Part shown: positions 18,647-28,179 of the stretch, piece by piece | Layout of the letters: every line of letters starts with the position of its first letter | Position numbering within the stretch: the stretch's first letter is position 1 | Assembly: GCA_001817425.1 (NCBI GenBank) | Contig: MHII01000012.1 | Span: forward strand, 77-64,076 | Origin: Candidatus Buchananbacteria bacterium RIFCSPHIGHO2_02_FULL_39_17 | Lineage (GTDB): Bacteria; Patescibacteriota; Patescibacteriia; Buchananbacterales; UBA6539 | Direction: 5' to 3' | DNA: 64,000 bases | Program-made: the position numbers and the translations under genes | Notes under the pieces: generated by a model | Database searches by the model: none | Told to the model about the DNA's origin: nothing | The model's input: the letters and a program-made list of their open reading frames with translations, nothing else

Positions 18647-20341
18647 ATGGAGTTTATTTTAACCCCAGTGGAAATCTGGCAATTGGCAGTAATTAAACTG
18701 TTTTTTTATTTATTTTTGATTTTTGGCATCATTTTATTTTTTAAATGGCCTAAGCCATTTTTATTTGTTTTATTAATCTCTTTATTTTTGGGGGGCACTT
18801 ATTTATTTTTAATTTGGCAGGCGCAATTGCCTTGGTGGAGTTTGCAGGGGGATGAGATTTTTGTCACTTCGTTTCTCCAGAAGGTCGCTTCCGGCAATTT
18901 CTTTTCTGATTTTTTTTATAAAAATTTGCCGTTATTTTATCCGCCGCTTTATTTTTGGCTGGTTGGCGGCTTAGCCTCATTTTTTAAGTTAAACGGCATA
19001 CAAGCGGCGCAGTTGGGCGTGGCTTTAGTTTTATTTTTATCGCCATTTTTAGTTTATTTTTGCCAAAAAATTTACTGGCGGCTTTCCAAAAAAGAAGGCA
19101 TTCCGGCCTGGAAATTAGCCGTTTTGACCGCCTCGGTTTTTCTGGTTTGGGATTGGACGGCGGTGATTTTAAAACCTTATGAATTCATTTCGGCGATTTT
19201 AATTGTTTTTTGGTCAATTTTTTTATTCCAGGATTTATATTTTAAAACTTTATCGCGGCTAAAAATTATCATCTATGGTCTGGGCGGCGGGCTTTTATTT
19301 TTGACTTTCCATTTCTGGTTTTTTCCTTTGGCTTTAGCAATTTTATTATTTAAATTATTTGTTGATGTTTCACATCTTTATTTTTACAGCCGCCTGAGCT
19401 TGATTGTCCTTTTAATCTTAATCATTGCTTGGCCGTTTTTATACCCTTTGATTAATTCGCTTTGGCAAAACGGCGGACAGAATTTTCAGCCCTTATTTTT
19501 TATCCCCAGCGATTTAAATTTAAAATTGCCATTTTTTGATTTTTCCATTTTAGGTTTAATTTCAATTTTTGGTTTGCTTTCAATAATTTTTTATTGGTCA
19601 AAACCGGCGGCTAAGGCGATGGGCATTTTGCTTGGTTCAATATATTTTTGGCAATTTCTGAATTTAATCGGCATTATCTTTTGGCAGGTTTCCGTTTTGC
19701 CGGCAAAACCTTTTTTGTTTTTAGGTACGGTAGTTTTAGATCTTGCTTTTGGTTATGGCATTATTCAGTGGCTGGAATCAAAAGGCGAAAACAAAAATCT
19801 GCAGACAGCCGCTTTCATTATTGGCTGGTTAGTTTTGTCAAGTCAGCTTTTGGGTGGAAATTTTGTTGATGATCCAGTTGTCCAGAAACGTTTGGTTGAA
19901 ATAAAAAAACCAATTCGTGAGGAATTTACCGATTTAATTAGAGAGCTTAAAACCGTTTCTAATTTAAATAATTTGGTTTTACTTTCAAGCAATATTCCGG
20001 AGATTTCGGCTTATTTGCCCTTGAATTATTACCTTAGCTATAATATCCATTTTTCTCATCCGGCGGCGAATTTTATTGATCGCTATAATTTTGTCACTGA
20101 TTTAGCGGCCAGTCAGAGTCCGGATCAATTTTATCAAAAAATAAAAAAAGCGCCGTTTCAGCCAATTGATAATTTATTATTTTTAAAAGGCAATGGTTTT
20201 TATCCAATCAATTTTTGGTACGAAAACTATCCAACCGGCGGTATTGAGCAAGAAATTAGAATTCCGTCTGACTTGATTAGTGAACAATATTTTGCTAAAA
20301 TTTTTGAAGACAAATACTTTGTTTTTTATAAGGTAAAATAA
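18647..20341 (+). CDS. AftA-like (arabinofuranosyltransferase-type) GT-C membrane protein
   Basis: GDE.F, D.FY..LPLFYPPLYFWL.G, KPYE and HFSHP motifs resemble actinobacterial AftA. Confidence 0.6.
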   Translation: MEFILTPVEIWQLAVIKLFFYLFLIFGIILFFKWPKPFLFVLLISLFLGGTYLFLIWQAQLPWWSLQGDEIFVTSFLQKVASGNFFSDFFYKNLPLFYPPLYFWLVGGLASFFKLNGIQAAQLGVALVLFLSPFLVYFCQKIYWRLSKKEGIPAWKLAVLTASVFLVWDWTAVILKPYEFISAILIVFWSIFLFQDLYFKTLSRLKIIIYGLGGGLLFLTFHFWFFPLALAILLFKLFVDVSHLYFYSRLSLIVLLILIIAWPFLYPLINSLWQNGGQNFQPLFFIPSDLNLKLPFFDFSILGLISIFGLLSIIFYWSKPAAKAMGILLGSIYFWQFLNLIGIIFWQVSVLPAKPFLFLGTVVLDLAFGYGIIQWLESKGENKNLQTAAFIIGWLVLSSQLLGGNFVDDPVVQKRLVEIKKPIREEFTDLIRELKTVSNLNNLVLLSSNIPEISAYLPLNYYLSYNIHFSHPAANFIDRYNFVTDLAASQSPDQFYQKIKKAPFQPIDNLLFLKGNGFYPINFWYENYPTGGIEQEIRIPSDLISEQYFAKIFEDKYFVFYKVK

Positions 20342-20428
20342 GTCAAAAATCAAAAATCAAAAGGCAAAAGTCAAAAGTTTAAGTCAAAATTCAAAAGCTG
20401 TAGTTTAATTACTTTTAACTTTTGAATT
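20340..20428. repeat. Heptamer inverted-repeat element (TCAAAAG family)
   Basis: Shares TCAAAAGGCAAAAGTCAAAA and ACTTTTAACTTTTGAATT with 22945-23060. Confidence 0.8.
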
Positions 20429-20431
20429 AAT

Positions 20432-20866
20432 ATGTCAGATTGTATTTTTTGTAAAATTGTGGCGGGTCAAATTCCGGCAGCTAAAATTTACGAGGACGAC
20501 AAAGTCTTGGCTTTTTTGGATATTAATCCGATCAATCCCGGCCATACTTTGGTTATTCCTAAAATTCATTTTTCCAATTTAACCCAAACGCCAGTTGAAG
20601 TTTCACAGAATTTAATTATGGTAATCAAAAAAATCAGTCCAGCCATCATGAAAGGCGTAGGCGCCCAAGGTTTTAATTTAGGGTTAAATAATGGTTCAAT
20701 CGCCGGCCAAATTATTTTTCATATGCATTTTCATTTAATACCGCGATTTGCCGATGATGGCCATAAACTTTGGTCTGGCCGGCAATATCAGCTAGGCGAA
20801 ATGGAAAAAGTTGCAGAAAACATAAAAAAATTCCTAATTCCTAATTCCTATTTCCTATATGGCTAA
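20432..20866 (+). CDS. HIT family hydrolase
   Basis: CIFCKI, PGHTLVIPK.H, HMHFHLIPR; tail extended by (TTCCTAW)x4 at 20831-20858. Confidence 0.9.
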   Translation: MSDCIFCKIVAGQIPAAKIYEDDKVLAFLDINPINPGHTLVIPKIHFSNLTQTPVEVSQNLIMVIKKISPAIMKGVGAQGFNLGLNNGSIAGQIIFHMHFHLIPRFADDGHKLWSGRQYQLGEMEKVAENIKKFLIPNSYFLYG

Positions 20867-21866
20867 GTTATTGGTAACAGGTGGAGCTGGCTTTATTGGC
20901 TCAAATTTTATCCATTATTGGTTGAAAACTCATCTTCAAGATGAGATTATTAATTTAGATAAATTGACTTACGCCGGCAATTTAGAGAACTTAAAAGACA
21001 TTGAAAAAAATCCAAATTATAAATTGGTGGTCGGCGATATTACTAACGTTGATATTGTTGGTAGTTTAGTTAAGGATTGCGATGCGGTCGTTCACTTGGC
21101 GGCGGAATCTCATGTTGACCGTTCAATTATGGATGCCGCTGAATTTATCCGGACCAATGTTTTAGGCACGCAAATTCTGCTTGACGCGGTTAAACAATAT
21201 GATAAACGTTTTCACCATGTTTCCACTGATGAAGTTTTCGGTGCCCTAACCCTAGAATCAAAAAATAAATTTAATGAAAATACGCCCTATCATCCAACTA
21301 GCCCTTACGCCGCTTCCAAAGCCGCTTCTGACCATTTAGTCAGGGCATTTATTTACACTCACAAAATTGCGGCGACTATCAGCAATTGTTCCAATAATTT
21401 TGGCCCATATCAATTCCCGGAAAAATTTATTCCCTTGGCCGTCACTAATTTGTTGGTCGGCAAAAAAATACCGGTGTATGGTGATGGCTTGTATGTCCGC
21501 GATTGGCTTTTTGTGGAAGATCATTGTCGCGGCATTGATTTAATTTTAGAGAAAGGGAGAATCGGTGAAACTTATTGCCTTGGCGGTATGACTAGTGAAA
21601 TCAATAATTTAGAGGTGATAAAAAAGATTTTAAAAATTTTAGGCGAAAGTGAAGATAAAATTGAGTTGGTCAAAGATCGGCCTGGGCACGACCGACGTTA
21701 TGCGATTAATTGGTCAAAGGCCAAACAAGAATTGGGCTACCAACCCCAGTTTGACTTTGACCGTTATTTAGAAAAAACTGTCCAATGGTATCAACAAAAC
21801 AAAAATTGGTGGCAAAATATTAAGTCCGGCAGTTATAAGGATTACTATGAAAAACAATATCAATAA
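20859..21866 (+). CDS. rmlB: dTDP-glucose 4,6-dehydratase
   Basis: GGAGFIGSNF, DKLTYAGN, AAESHVDRSI, STDEV, YAASK, DRPGHDRRY. Confidence 0.95.
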   Translation: MAKLLVTGGAGFIGSNFIHYWLKTHLQDEIINLDKLTYAGNLENLKDIEKNPNYKLVVGDITNVDIVGSLVKDCDAVVHLAAESHVDRSIMDAAEFIRTNVLGTQILLDAVKQYDKRFHHVSTDEVFGALTLESKNKFNENTPYHPTSPYAASKAASDHLVRAFIYTHKIAATISNCSNNFGPYQFPEKFIPLAVTNLLVGKKIPVYGDGLYVRDWLFVEDHCRGIDLILEKGRIGETYCLGGMTSEINNLEVIKKILKILGESEDKIELVKDRPGHDRRYAINWSKAKQELGYQPQFDFDRYLEKTVQWYQQNKNWWQNIKSGSYKDYYEKQYQ

Positions 21867-21914
21867 AGATGATCAGTGATTTTAAAATAAAGTTGAGTTA
21901 CAAAGTAATCAAAT

Positions 21915-22058
21915 AAATTAGAATTTTTAATTTTGATTTCCCGCAATTACGGGATCCTCGATTTTTCATCCCGCCACGGCGGGGGAAAAATCGGGACAAT
22001 TTTGAATATTAAAATATTGAATTATTCAATCAAAATTCTGATTTAAAAATTCAAAATT
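21915..22058. repeat. Heptamer element with a nested GC-rich hairpin insertion (21939-21996)
   Basis: TTTTGATT|insert|CAATTTTGAATA versus uninterrupted TTTTGAATCAATTTTGAATA at 8821-8840. Confidence 0.75.
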
Positions 22059-22098
22059 ATTTAAACTTTAATCAGATAAAAAATTATTATCCTTATTT

Positions 22099-22953
22099 AT
22101 GGCCAATCAACGGAAAATCCTTATCCTTGGCGCAAACGGCATGCTGGGCCACGATCTGGCTGAAATTTTTTTTGATCAAAAACCAATTCTTTGGGATATG
22201 CCAAATCTTGATATTACTGATGAATTTGCGGTCAAACAAAAATTAGCTGATTTAATGCCTTCTTTAGTGATTAATGCCGCTGCCTATACTGACGTTGATG
22301 GTGCTCAAAATCAGCCAGATTTGGCGTTTAAGGTCAATGCCGACGCCATTGGCTACTTGGCAGTTGCCTGTCAGCAATTAGGGGCGATTTTGGTGCATTA
22401 CAGCACTGAATACGTTTTTTCCGGTAACAAGGATACTGGTTATCAAGAAGACGACAAAACTGATCCGTTAAATATTTATGGCCAGTCTAAAGCCAAAGGT
22501 GAAGAGATTTTAAAACAAAATTGTGAAATGTTTTATTTAATTCGTTCAAGCTGGCTTTACGGCCGTTCACCCCAAGTCGGCAAGCCGCGCGGCTTGAATT
22601 TCGTCCAAACTATGCTAAAATTGGCAGGTGAGGGTAAAGAGATTAATGTTGTTTCCGACCAGTTTGGCAAGCCGACTTATACTTTAGACTTAGCTAAAAA
22701 AACCCGGGAAATTATTGAAACTCAAAAGCCCTGCGGCATTTATCATGCGGTTAACGAAGGTGTTTGCAGCTGGTATGAATTTGCCAAAAAAATTTTTGAA
22801 ATAAAAAATATTTCCGCAAATTTAAATTCAATTAATTCAGATCAATATCCTTTGCCTACGCCACGGCCAAAATACAGCATTTTAGTTAACACCAAATTAG
22901 AGCCGTTGCGGAAGTGGGACGAGGCGTTGCGAGATTACCTACGGCAAAGTTAA
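22099..22953 (+). CDS. rmlD: dTDP-4-dehydrorhamnose reductase
   Basis: GANGMLG, NAAAYTDVD, STEYVF, YGQSK, DQFG.PT. Confidence 0.92.
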   Translation: MANQRKILILGANGMLGHDLAEIFFDQKPILWDMPNLDITDEFAVKQKLADLMPSLVINAAAYTDVDGAQNQPDLAFKVNADAIGYLAVACQQLGAILVHYSTEYVFSGNKDTGYQEDDKTDPLNIYGQSKAKGEEILKQNCEMFYLIRSSWLYGRSPQVGKPRGLNFVQTMLKLAGEGKEINVVSDQFGKPTYTLDLAKKTREIIETQKPCGIYHAVNEGVCSWYEFAKKIFEIKNISANLNSINSDQYPLPTPRPKYSILVNTKLEPLRKWDEALRDYLRQS

Positions 22954-23060
22954 AAGTCAAAAGGCAAAAGTCAAAATTGCAATTCAAAATTCAAAAGTAA
23001 AAAGTAATAATTTTGATTTTTAACTTGAACTTTTAATTTTTAACTTTTAACTTTTGAATT
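22945..23060. repeat. 116-bp heptamer element, left copy flanking rmlA
   Basis: Reverse complement of 23823-23938 with 2 mismatches. Confidence 0.9.
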
Positions 23061-23064
23061 TTTT

Positions 23065-23781
23065 ATGAAAGGCATAATTTTAGCCGGCGGGACCGGTTCG
23101 CGCTTGGATCCGCTGACTCGAGTCACCAATAAACATTTACTACCGATCTACGACCGGCCAATGATTTATTATCCGATTCAGACTTTAGTCAAAGCTGGCA
23201 TCACTGACATTATGATTGTTTCCGGCAAAGGCCATGCCGGGCAGTTTTTGGAATTACTTCAATCTGGTAAAGAATTGGGCGCGAAGTTTTCCTATGGCGT
23301 GCAAGAAGAAGCCGGCGGCATTGCCCAAGCCTTGGCCGTCTGCCAAGATTTTGCTGACAATGATAAAATTGTGGTAATGTTAGGCGATAATATTTTGCAA
23401 AATGATATTTCTAATGCCGTCAAAGATTTTGAAAAACAAGATAAGGGCTCAAAGATATTTTTAAAAGAAGTGGAAAATCCCAAATCTTTTGGCGTGGCGC
23501 AAATTGCCGGCGACAAAATCATTGAAATTGAAGAAAAACCAAAAAACCCCAAAACCAATTTAGCGGTTATTGGGGTTTATCTGTATGATAGTCAGGTTTG
23601 GCAAGTGATTAAAACTTTGAAACCTTCAGGGCGAGGCGAATTGGAAATCACTGATGTTAATAATTTTTACGTTAAAAAAGGGGAAATGACTTTTGAAATT
23701 TTGCGCGGCTGGTGGGGAGACGGAGGTGAGTCATTTGATAGTTTATTGGCGGCCGGGAATTTGGTTGCCAAGAAAAAATAA
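23065..23781 (+). CDS. rmlA: Glucose-1-phosphate thymidylyltransferase (short, SpsI-like)
   Basis: GIILAGGTGSRL.PLT, NKHLLP, EEKP, PSGRGELEITD. Confidence 0.9.
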   Translation: MKGIILAGGTGSRLDPLTRVTNKHLLPIYDRPMIYYPIQTLVKAGITDIMIVSGKGHAGQFLELLQSGKELGAKFSYGVQEEAGGIAQALAVCQDFADNDKIVVMLGDNILQNDISNAVKDFEKQDKGSKIFLKEVENPKSFGVAQIAGDKIIEIEEKPKNPKTNLAVIGVYLYDSQVWQVIKTLKPSGRGELEITDVNNFYVKKGEMTFEILRGWWGDGGESFDSLLAAGNLVAKKK

Positions 23782-23822
23782 TTTTTCAAGCACCAAATCC
23801 AAAATCACAAGCTCCAAATAAT

Positions 23823-23938
23823 AATTCAAAAGTTAAAAGTTAAAAATTAAAAGTTCAAGTTAAAAGTCAAAATTATTACTTTTTACTTTTGAATTTTGAA
23901 TTGCAATTTTGACTTTTGCCTTTTGAATTTTAACTTTG
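23823..23938. repeat. 116-bp heptamer element, right inverted copy, nested in an older CCAAAT/ATTTGG-type element (about 23786-23980)
   Basis: Direct comparison with 22945-23060. Confidence 0.9.
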
Positions 23939-23983
23939 ATGCTTATTTATAATTTGGAATTTATTTGAGATTTAATATTTCAA

Positions 23984-25357
23984 TTATTGAATTTCTAGTT
24001 GATAAATTCCCGCCGTTTGGCCAATTGCGCCTTGAAAATAAAGATTTTTTCCGTTTTGGTCCAGAAAAATCGAATTAATCTTTAAAGCTTCAACCAAGAT
24101 AATGTCATTTTTAATTTCGCCGCTACTATAATTTTCCAATGCTCGAATTTGATTGCCTGTTTGATAGATTAAATATGAACCGAGCGGATGCCAAATCACA
24201 TCATCAATCGTTTCGCTTAAGCGGGTGATTAATTCCTTTTCTTCACTTTTTAGATTAAGAACTTTTATTTCAAAATCAGTAAAGTACAACAACTGATTAA
24301 AATTTTTTGACCAAGATATTTTTTTTGCTTGATCGGTTAAGATGATGCTTTGGTTGATGTCGGCCGAGTCAAAAATTTGGCTTTTTATGACTAATAAGTC
24401 ATTATTTTTTTTATCTGATAAAATTAAAAAATTTTCTAAAGAATCTTTGAATTCATAAATAGAGAATTTTGGCAATTTTATTATTTTTAAATCATTTTCG
24501 CTACCATCCTCAATCGGTTTATTTTTTAAATAAATTTCGCCTTTTTCTTGGCTAATTAAGTAAAACTGATCATTAATAATTTCAAAATCAAAAACGTTAG
24601 CCTCCGCTAGATTGACGGTGTTGGCGATTAGATCGATTTGATAAAGCGCATTTTTCCTTAAACCATATAAGAAGAAATCATTATTTTTATTCCATTTAAT
24701 CTTTTCAAAATTTAACTTGGTTAGGGTCGTTAAATCCTTGATTTTTAAGGTTTCGGCATCTACGATCAAATATCGGTTAAAACTGCCGATGGTCATTTTT
24801 AAAAGCATTTTTGTTTTGTTCGGTGACCAACTGATAAATTCCAGTTGCTGATAATTTTTTTTATCAAATTTTTTAATATCAAGATTAACTTGATTTTTTA
24901 AGTTATAAATTTTTAGTTCTTCAATGCCGCGATTGATTACGGAGTAAATTATTTTTTCCTGATCCGGCACTAAAGAGAGTATATTAATTTCGCCGTTAAT
25001 GATATTAATGGGTAGGTTTTTTTTAAATAAAATAACATCTCTTTTGAAAGTGGTTAAATTGCTTTTAATTTCTAGTTTCTGTTGCCAGAAAGAATATCCG
25101 TTTTTTTTAATTTCTACGAGATATTGATCAGGTAAGAGGCGGCTAAAACGCGCTGGCGTTTGGCCTTGATATTTTTCGTCAAAATAAATTTCTGCTCCTT
25201 TTGGCATTGAATCAAGGTAGAGGATGCCGGTTTTTTCGAATTTATTTTTTTTGAAATTATAACGGTAGCCGGTGCTGTAAATAATTAAGGCTGGGGCAAT
25301 CGCCAAAAAAATGGCGAAAAATGAAAGGTATAAAATTCGGCGATATTTGAGATTCAT
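23984..25357 (-). CDS. PEGA-domain protein with beta-propeller-like C-terminus
   Basis: N-terminal TM, GYR, TG.L...S.PKGA.IY.D, TP, L.P..Y.VEIKK.GY..W. Confidence 0.8.
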   Translation of the reverse strand: MNLKYRRILYLSFFAIFLAIAPALIIYSTGYRYNFKKNKFEKTGILYLDSMPKGAEIYFDEKYQGQTPARFSRLLPDQYLVEIKKNGYSFWQQKLEIKSNLTTFKRDVILFKKNLPINIINGEINILSLVPDQEKIIYSVINRGIEELKIYNLKNQVNLDIKKFDKKNYQQLEFISWSPNKTKMLLKMTIGSFNRYLIVDAETLKIKDLTTLTKLNFEKIKWNKNNDFFLYGLRKNALYQIDLIANTVNLAEANVFDFEIINDQFYLISQEKGEIYLKNKPIEDGSENDLKIIKLPKFSIYEFKDSLENFLILSDKKNNDLLVIKSQIFDSADINQSIILTDQAKKISWSKNFNQLLYFTDFEIKVLNLKSEEKELITRLSETIDDVIWHPLGSYLIYQTGNQIRALENYSSGEIKNDIILVEALKINSIFLDQNGKNLYFQGAIGQTAGIYQLEIQ

Positions 25358-25394
25358 AGGCAGCTTTTAGTTTGTAGGTTAATTAATTTGACTC

Positions 25395-25423
25395 TTGAAA
25401 AGAGGGAGAAAAAATGTTAGAAT
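25395..25423 (+). promoter_or_regulatory. Putative sigma70 promoter of murA
   Basis: TTGAAA-17 bp-TAGAAT with TG extension. Confidence 0.6.
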
Positions 25424-25472
25424 TAAGAGGTAAATAATAGTTAAATTTTAGCAGGAATTTAATTTTATTGCT

Positions 25473-26777
25473 ATGAGTAATTATTTAATCTCGGGCGGCC
25501 AAAAGCTGAAAGGCGCTTTGACGACTAATACTTCTAAAAACGCGGCCGTGGTTTTACTTAACGCCGCTTTGTTAAATCAGGGTCAAACCCATCTTTTAGG
25601 CGTGCCAAAAATTGAAGAAGTCTACCGAATAATTGAAGTTTTGAAAAGCATCGGCGTTGAATTTAAATGGTTTAATGGCCATAATTTATTAATTAAGCCG
25701 CCTAAACATTTTAAATTAAATCAGATTAATTATCAGTCAGCGATTAAGACCAGAAGCATTTTATTTTTGTTGGCCGCTTTGTCATCTTATCAAAAAAAAT
25801 ATCACGTGCCCCATCCCGGCGGCTGCGATTTAGGCTCAAGAACAGTCAAACCGCATCTTTTTGCTCTGGAGAATTTTGGCATTAAAATCAAAACTCAGCC
25901 GAAATATTACCAAATCACATTTAGTAAATTAAAGGCGGCTCGGGAAATTATTTTGTATGAATCCGGCGATACGGTAACAGGAAATGTGATGCTCGCCGCC
26001 GCCAAAATTCCCGGTAAAACCCTGATTAAATTTGCCTCTGCTAATTATCAGGTTTGTGAATTAGCTTATTTTTTGCAAAAGCTGGGCGTGAAAATCAAAG
26101 GCATTGGCACGACGACTTTGGAAATTTGGGGCAAAAAAAATATCAAGCAAAATATCAGTTATCATTTAAGCGAAGACCCGATTGAATCAATGCTTTTTTT
26201 GGCGATTGCGGCCACGACCAATTCGGTCATCACCATTCGTCGCTGTCCAATTGAATTTTTGAAACTGGAATTGCTTAAATTGGAAAAAATGGGGTTTAAA
26301 TATAAAATTTCGAAAACTTATTTAGCTGTTAATGGCAAGACGATCTTAGCCGACATTAAAACTTTTTCCAGCAAGCTTCGGGCACTAGCGGAAAAAATTT
26401 ATGCCCGGCCTTACCCGGGATTAAATATTGATAATCTGCCTTTCTTTGCGCCCATTGCCACCAAAGCCACTGGCAAGACTTTGATTTTTGATTGGGTTTA
26501 TGAAAACCGGGCAATTTATTATACTGAATTAAATCGCTTAGGCGCTAAAGTTGAATTAGCTGATCCCTACCGGGCGATTATTACCGGTCCGACTAATTTA
26601 AAAGCAGCGGAAATTGTTTGTCCACCGGCACTGCGACCAGCGACAATAATTTTAGTGGCGATGCTGGCCGCCAAAGGCAAATCGATTTTGAGAAATGTTT
26701 ATTCTATTGAACGCGGCTATGAGGATTTATGCCAGCGGTTAGCCAAAGTCGGCGCGAAGATTGAAAAAATTGATTAA
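25473..26777 (+). CDS. murA: UDP-N-acetylglucosamine 1-carboxyvinyltransferase
   Basis: SKNAA, PGGCDLGSR (catalytic Cys), PYPG, ENR, IERGYE. Confidence 0.93.
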   Translation: MSNYLISGGQKLKGALTTNTSKNAAVVLLNAALLNQGQTHLLGVPKIEEVYRIIEVLKSIGVEFKWFNGHNLLIKPPKHFKLNQINYQSAIKTRSILFLLAALSSYQKKYHVPHPGGCDLGSRTVKPHLFALENFGIKIKTQPKYYQITFSKLKAAREIILYESGDTVTGNVMLAAAKIPGKTLIKFASANYQVCELAYFLQKLGVKIKGIGTTTLEIWGKKNIKQNISYHLSEDPIESMLFLAIAATTNSVITIRRCPIEFLKLELLKLEKMGFKYKISKTYLAVNGKTILADIKTFSSKLRALAEKIYARPYPGLNIDNLPFFAPIATKATGKTLIFDWVYENRAIYYTELNRLGAKVELADPYRAIITGPTNLKAAEIVCPPALRPATIILVAMLAAKGKSILRNVYSIERGYEDLCQRLAKVGAKIEKID

Positions 26778-26793
26778 TTTATTTTTTAAAAAA

Positions 26794-28092
26794 ATGCCAA
26801 ATAATCAAAATCAGAAACCAAAATCAAAATTTACTAAATTTTTTTTAGTCAGTTTATCGGCGACAATATTATTAATTTTAGTTTTTGTTTTTGGTTATGC
26901 TTTGGGCGATTTTTCTCTAGCAAAAAAAGTTGGTTTATTTGAAAAAGGCGGCCAGCTTTTAAATGCGGAAAAACTGCCTGATTATTTAAAAAATGATGTT
27001 AATTTTGATCAGTTCTGGCAGGTTTGGCGGTATCTTAAAGATAATTATGTTAAAACTAATATCACGGACACTCAACTTTTCTATGGCGCTTTAAGCGGTT
27101 TGGTCGGCGCTTTAAATGATCCTTACTCGGTATTTTTTGATCCAGAAATTTCAAGGAAGTTTAATCAGGAGCTGGCTGGCAGTTTTGAAGGCGTTGGCGC
27201 GGAAATCGGTTTGCGTGAAGGCCGATTGACCGTGATTGCCCCTCTGGCTGGAACGCCAGCGGATAAGGCCGGATTAAAAGCTGGAGATTTGATTGTGGAA
27301 ATTGACGGCAAAGATACTTCAGGCATTGCCCTTGACTATGCGGTGAGCCTAATTCGGGGCGAGAAAGGAACGAAAGTGGCTTTGACCGTTTACCGCAACG
27401 GCGATGATGAACCGCGGAAGCTTGAAATTATCCGCGATAAAATTGAAATTGACAGCGTCAGATTTTCGCGCAAAGATAAGACCGGCAAAAGCGAAGGGGA
27501 TGAAGGATTCGTCCTTAAGGAAGGCAACATCGCTTATGTTGAATTGCTCTACTTTAATGAAAACACTTTAGCTGATTGGAACCAGACGGTTCAAAATATT
27601 TTAGCCATTAATCCAAGCGGCATTATTTTAGATTTGCGCAATAATCCGGGCGGATTTTTGGGAACAGCCATTGAAGTCGCCGGTGAATGGGTAAATGGTA
27701 AAACCGTGGTGGCCGAGCAACTAAGAAGCGGCGAAAAAATTGAGCACAAAGCCAATCGCCAAGCGCGTTTCGTCGCTATTCCCACCGTAGTTTTAGTCAA
27801 TAAAGGCAGCGCTTCAGGGTCAGAAATCGTGGCCGGCGCTTTGCAGGATTATAAGGCGGCGACTATCGTCGGTGAAACAACTTTTGGCAAAGGTTCGGTC
27901 CAGGATTTAAAAGAGTTTTCTGACGGTTCGTCAGTCAAATTGACCATTGCCGAATGGCTGACGCCGAACGGCAAAAACATCAATGAGCAGGGGATTAAGC
28001 CGGATATTGAGGTGAAAATGACTAAAGAGGATTACGATGCGGACAAAGATCCGCAGTTAGATAAAGCCCTTGAAATTTTGCGGGCAAAATAA
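26794..28092 (+). CDS. ctpA: S41 C-terminal processing protease with PDZ domain
   Basis: DPYS, GVGAEI, DLRNNPGG, SASGSEIVAGALQD, TFGKGSVQ. Confidence 0.92.
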   Translation: MPNNQNQKPKSKFTKFFLVSLSATILLILVFVFGYALGDFSLAKKVGLFEKGGQLLNAEKLPDYLKNDVNFDQFWQVWRYLKDNYVKTNITDTQLFYGALSGLVGALNDPYSVFFDPEISRKFNQELAGSFEGVGAEIGLREGRLTVIAPLAGTPADKAGLKAGDLIVEIDGKDTSGIALDYAVSLIRGEKGTKVALTVYRNGDDEPRKLEIIRDKIEIDSVRFSRKDKTGKSEGDEGFVLKEGNIAYVELLYFNENTLADWNQTVQNILAINPSGIILDLRNNPGGFLGTAIEVAGEWVNGKTVVAEQLRSGEKIEHKANRQARFVAIPTVVLVNKGSASGSEIVAGALQDYKAATIVGETTFGKGSVQDLKEFSDGSSVKLTIAEWLTPNGKNINEQGIKPDIEVKMTKEDYDADKDPQLDKALEILRAK

Positions 28093-28179
28093 AATTTAAT
28101 ATGAGTAAAAAAGAAAAATGGGAAATAATTGCTCACGAATATTATCGTGTAGTTTGTTTCCCATTTTTAGGTTAGTGAT

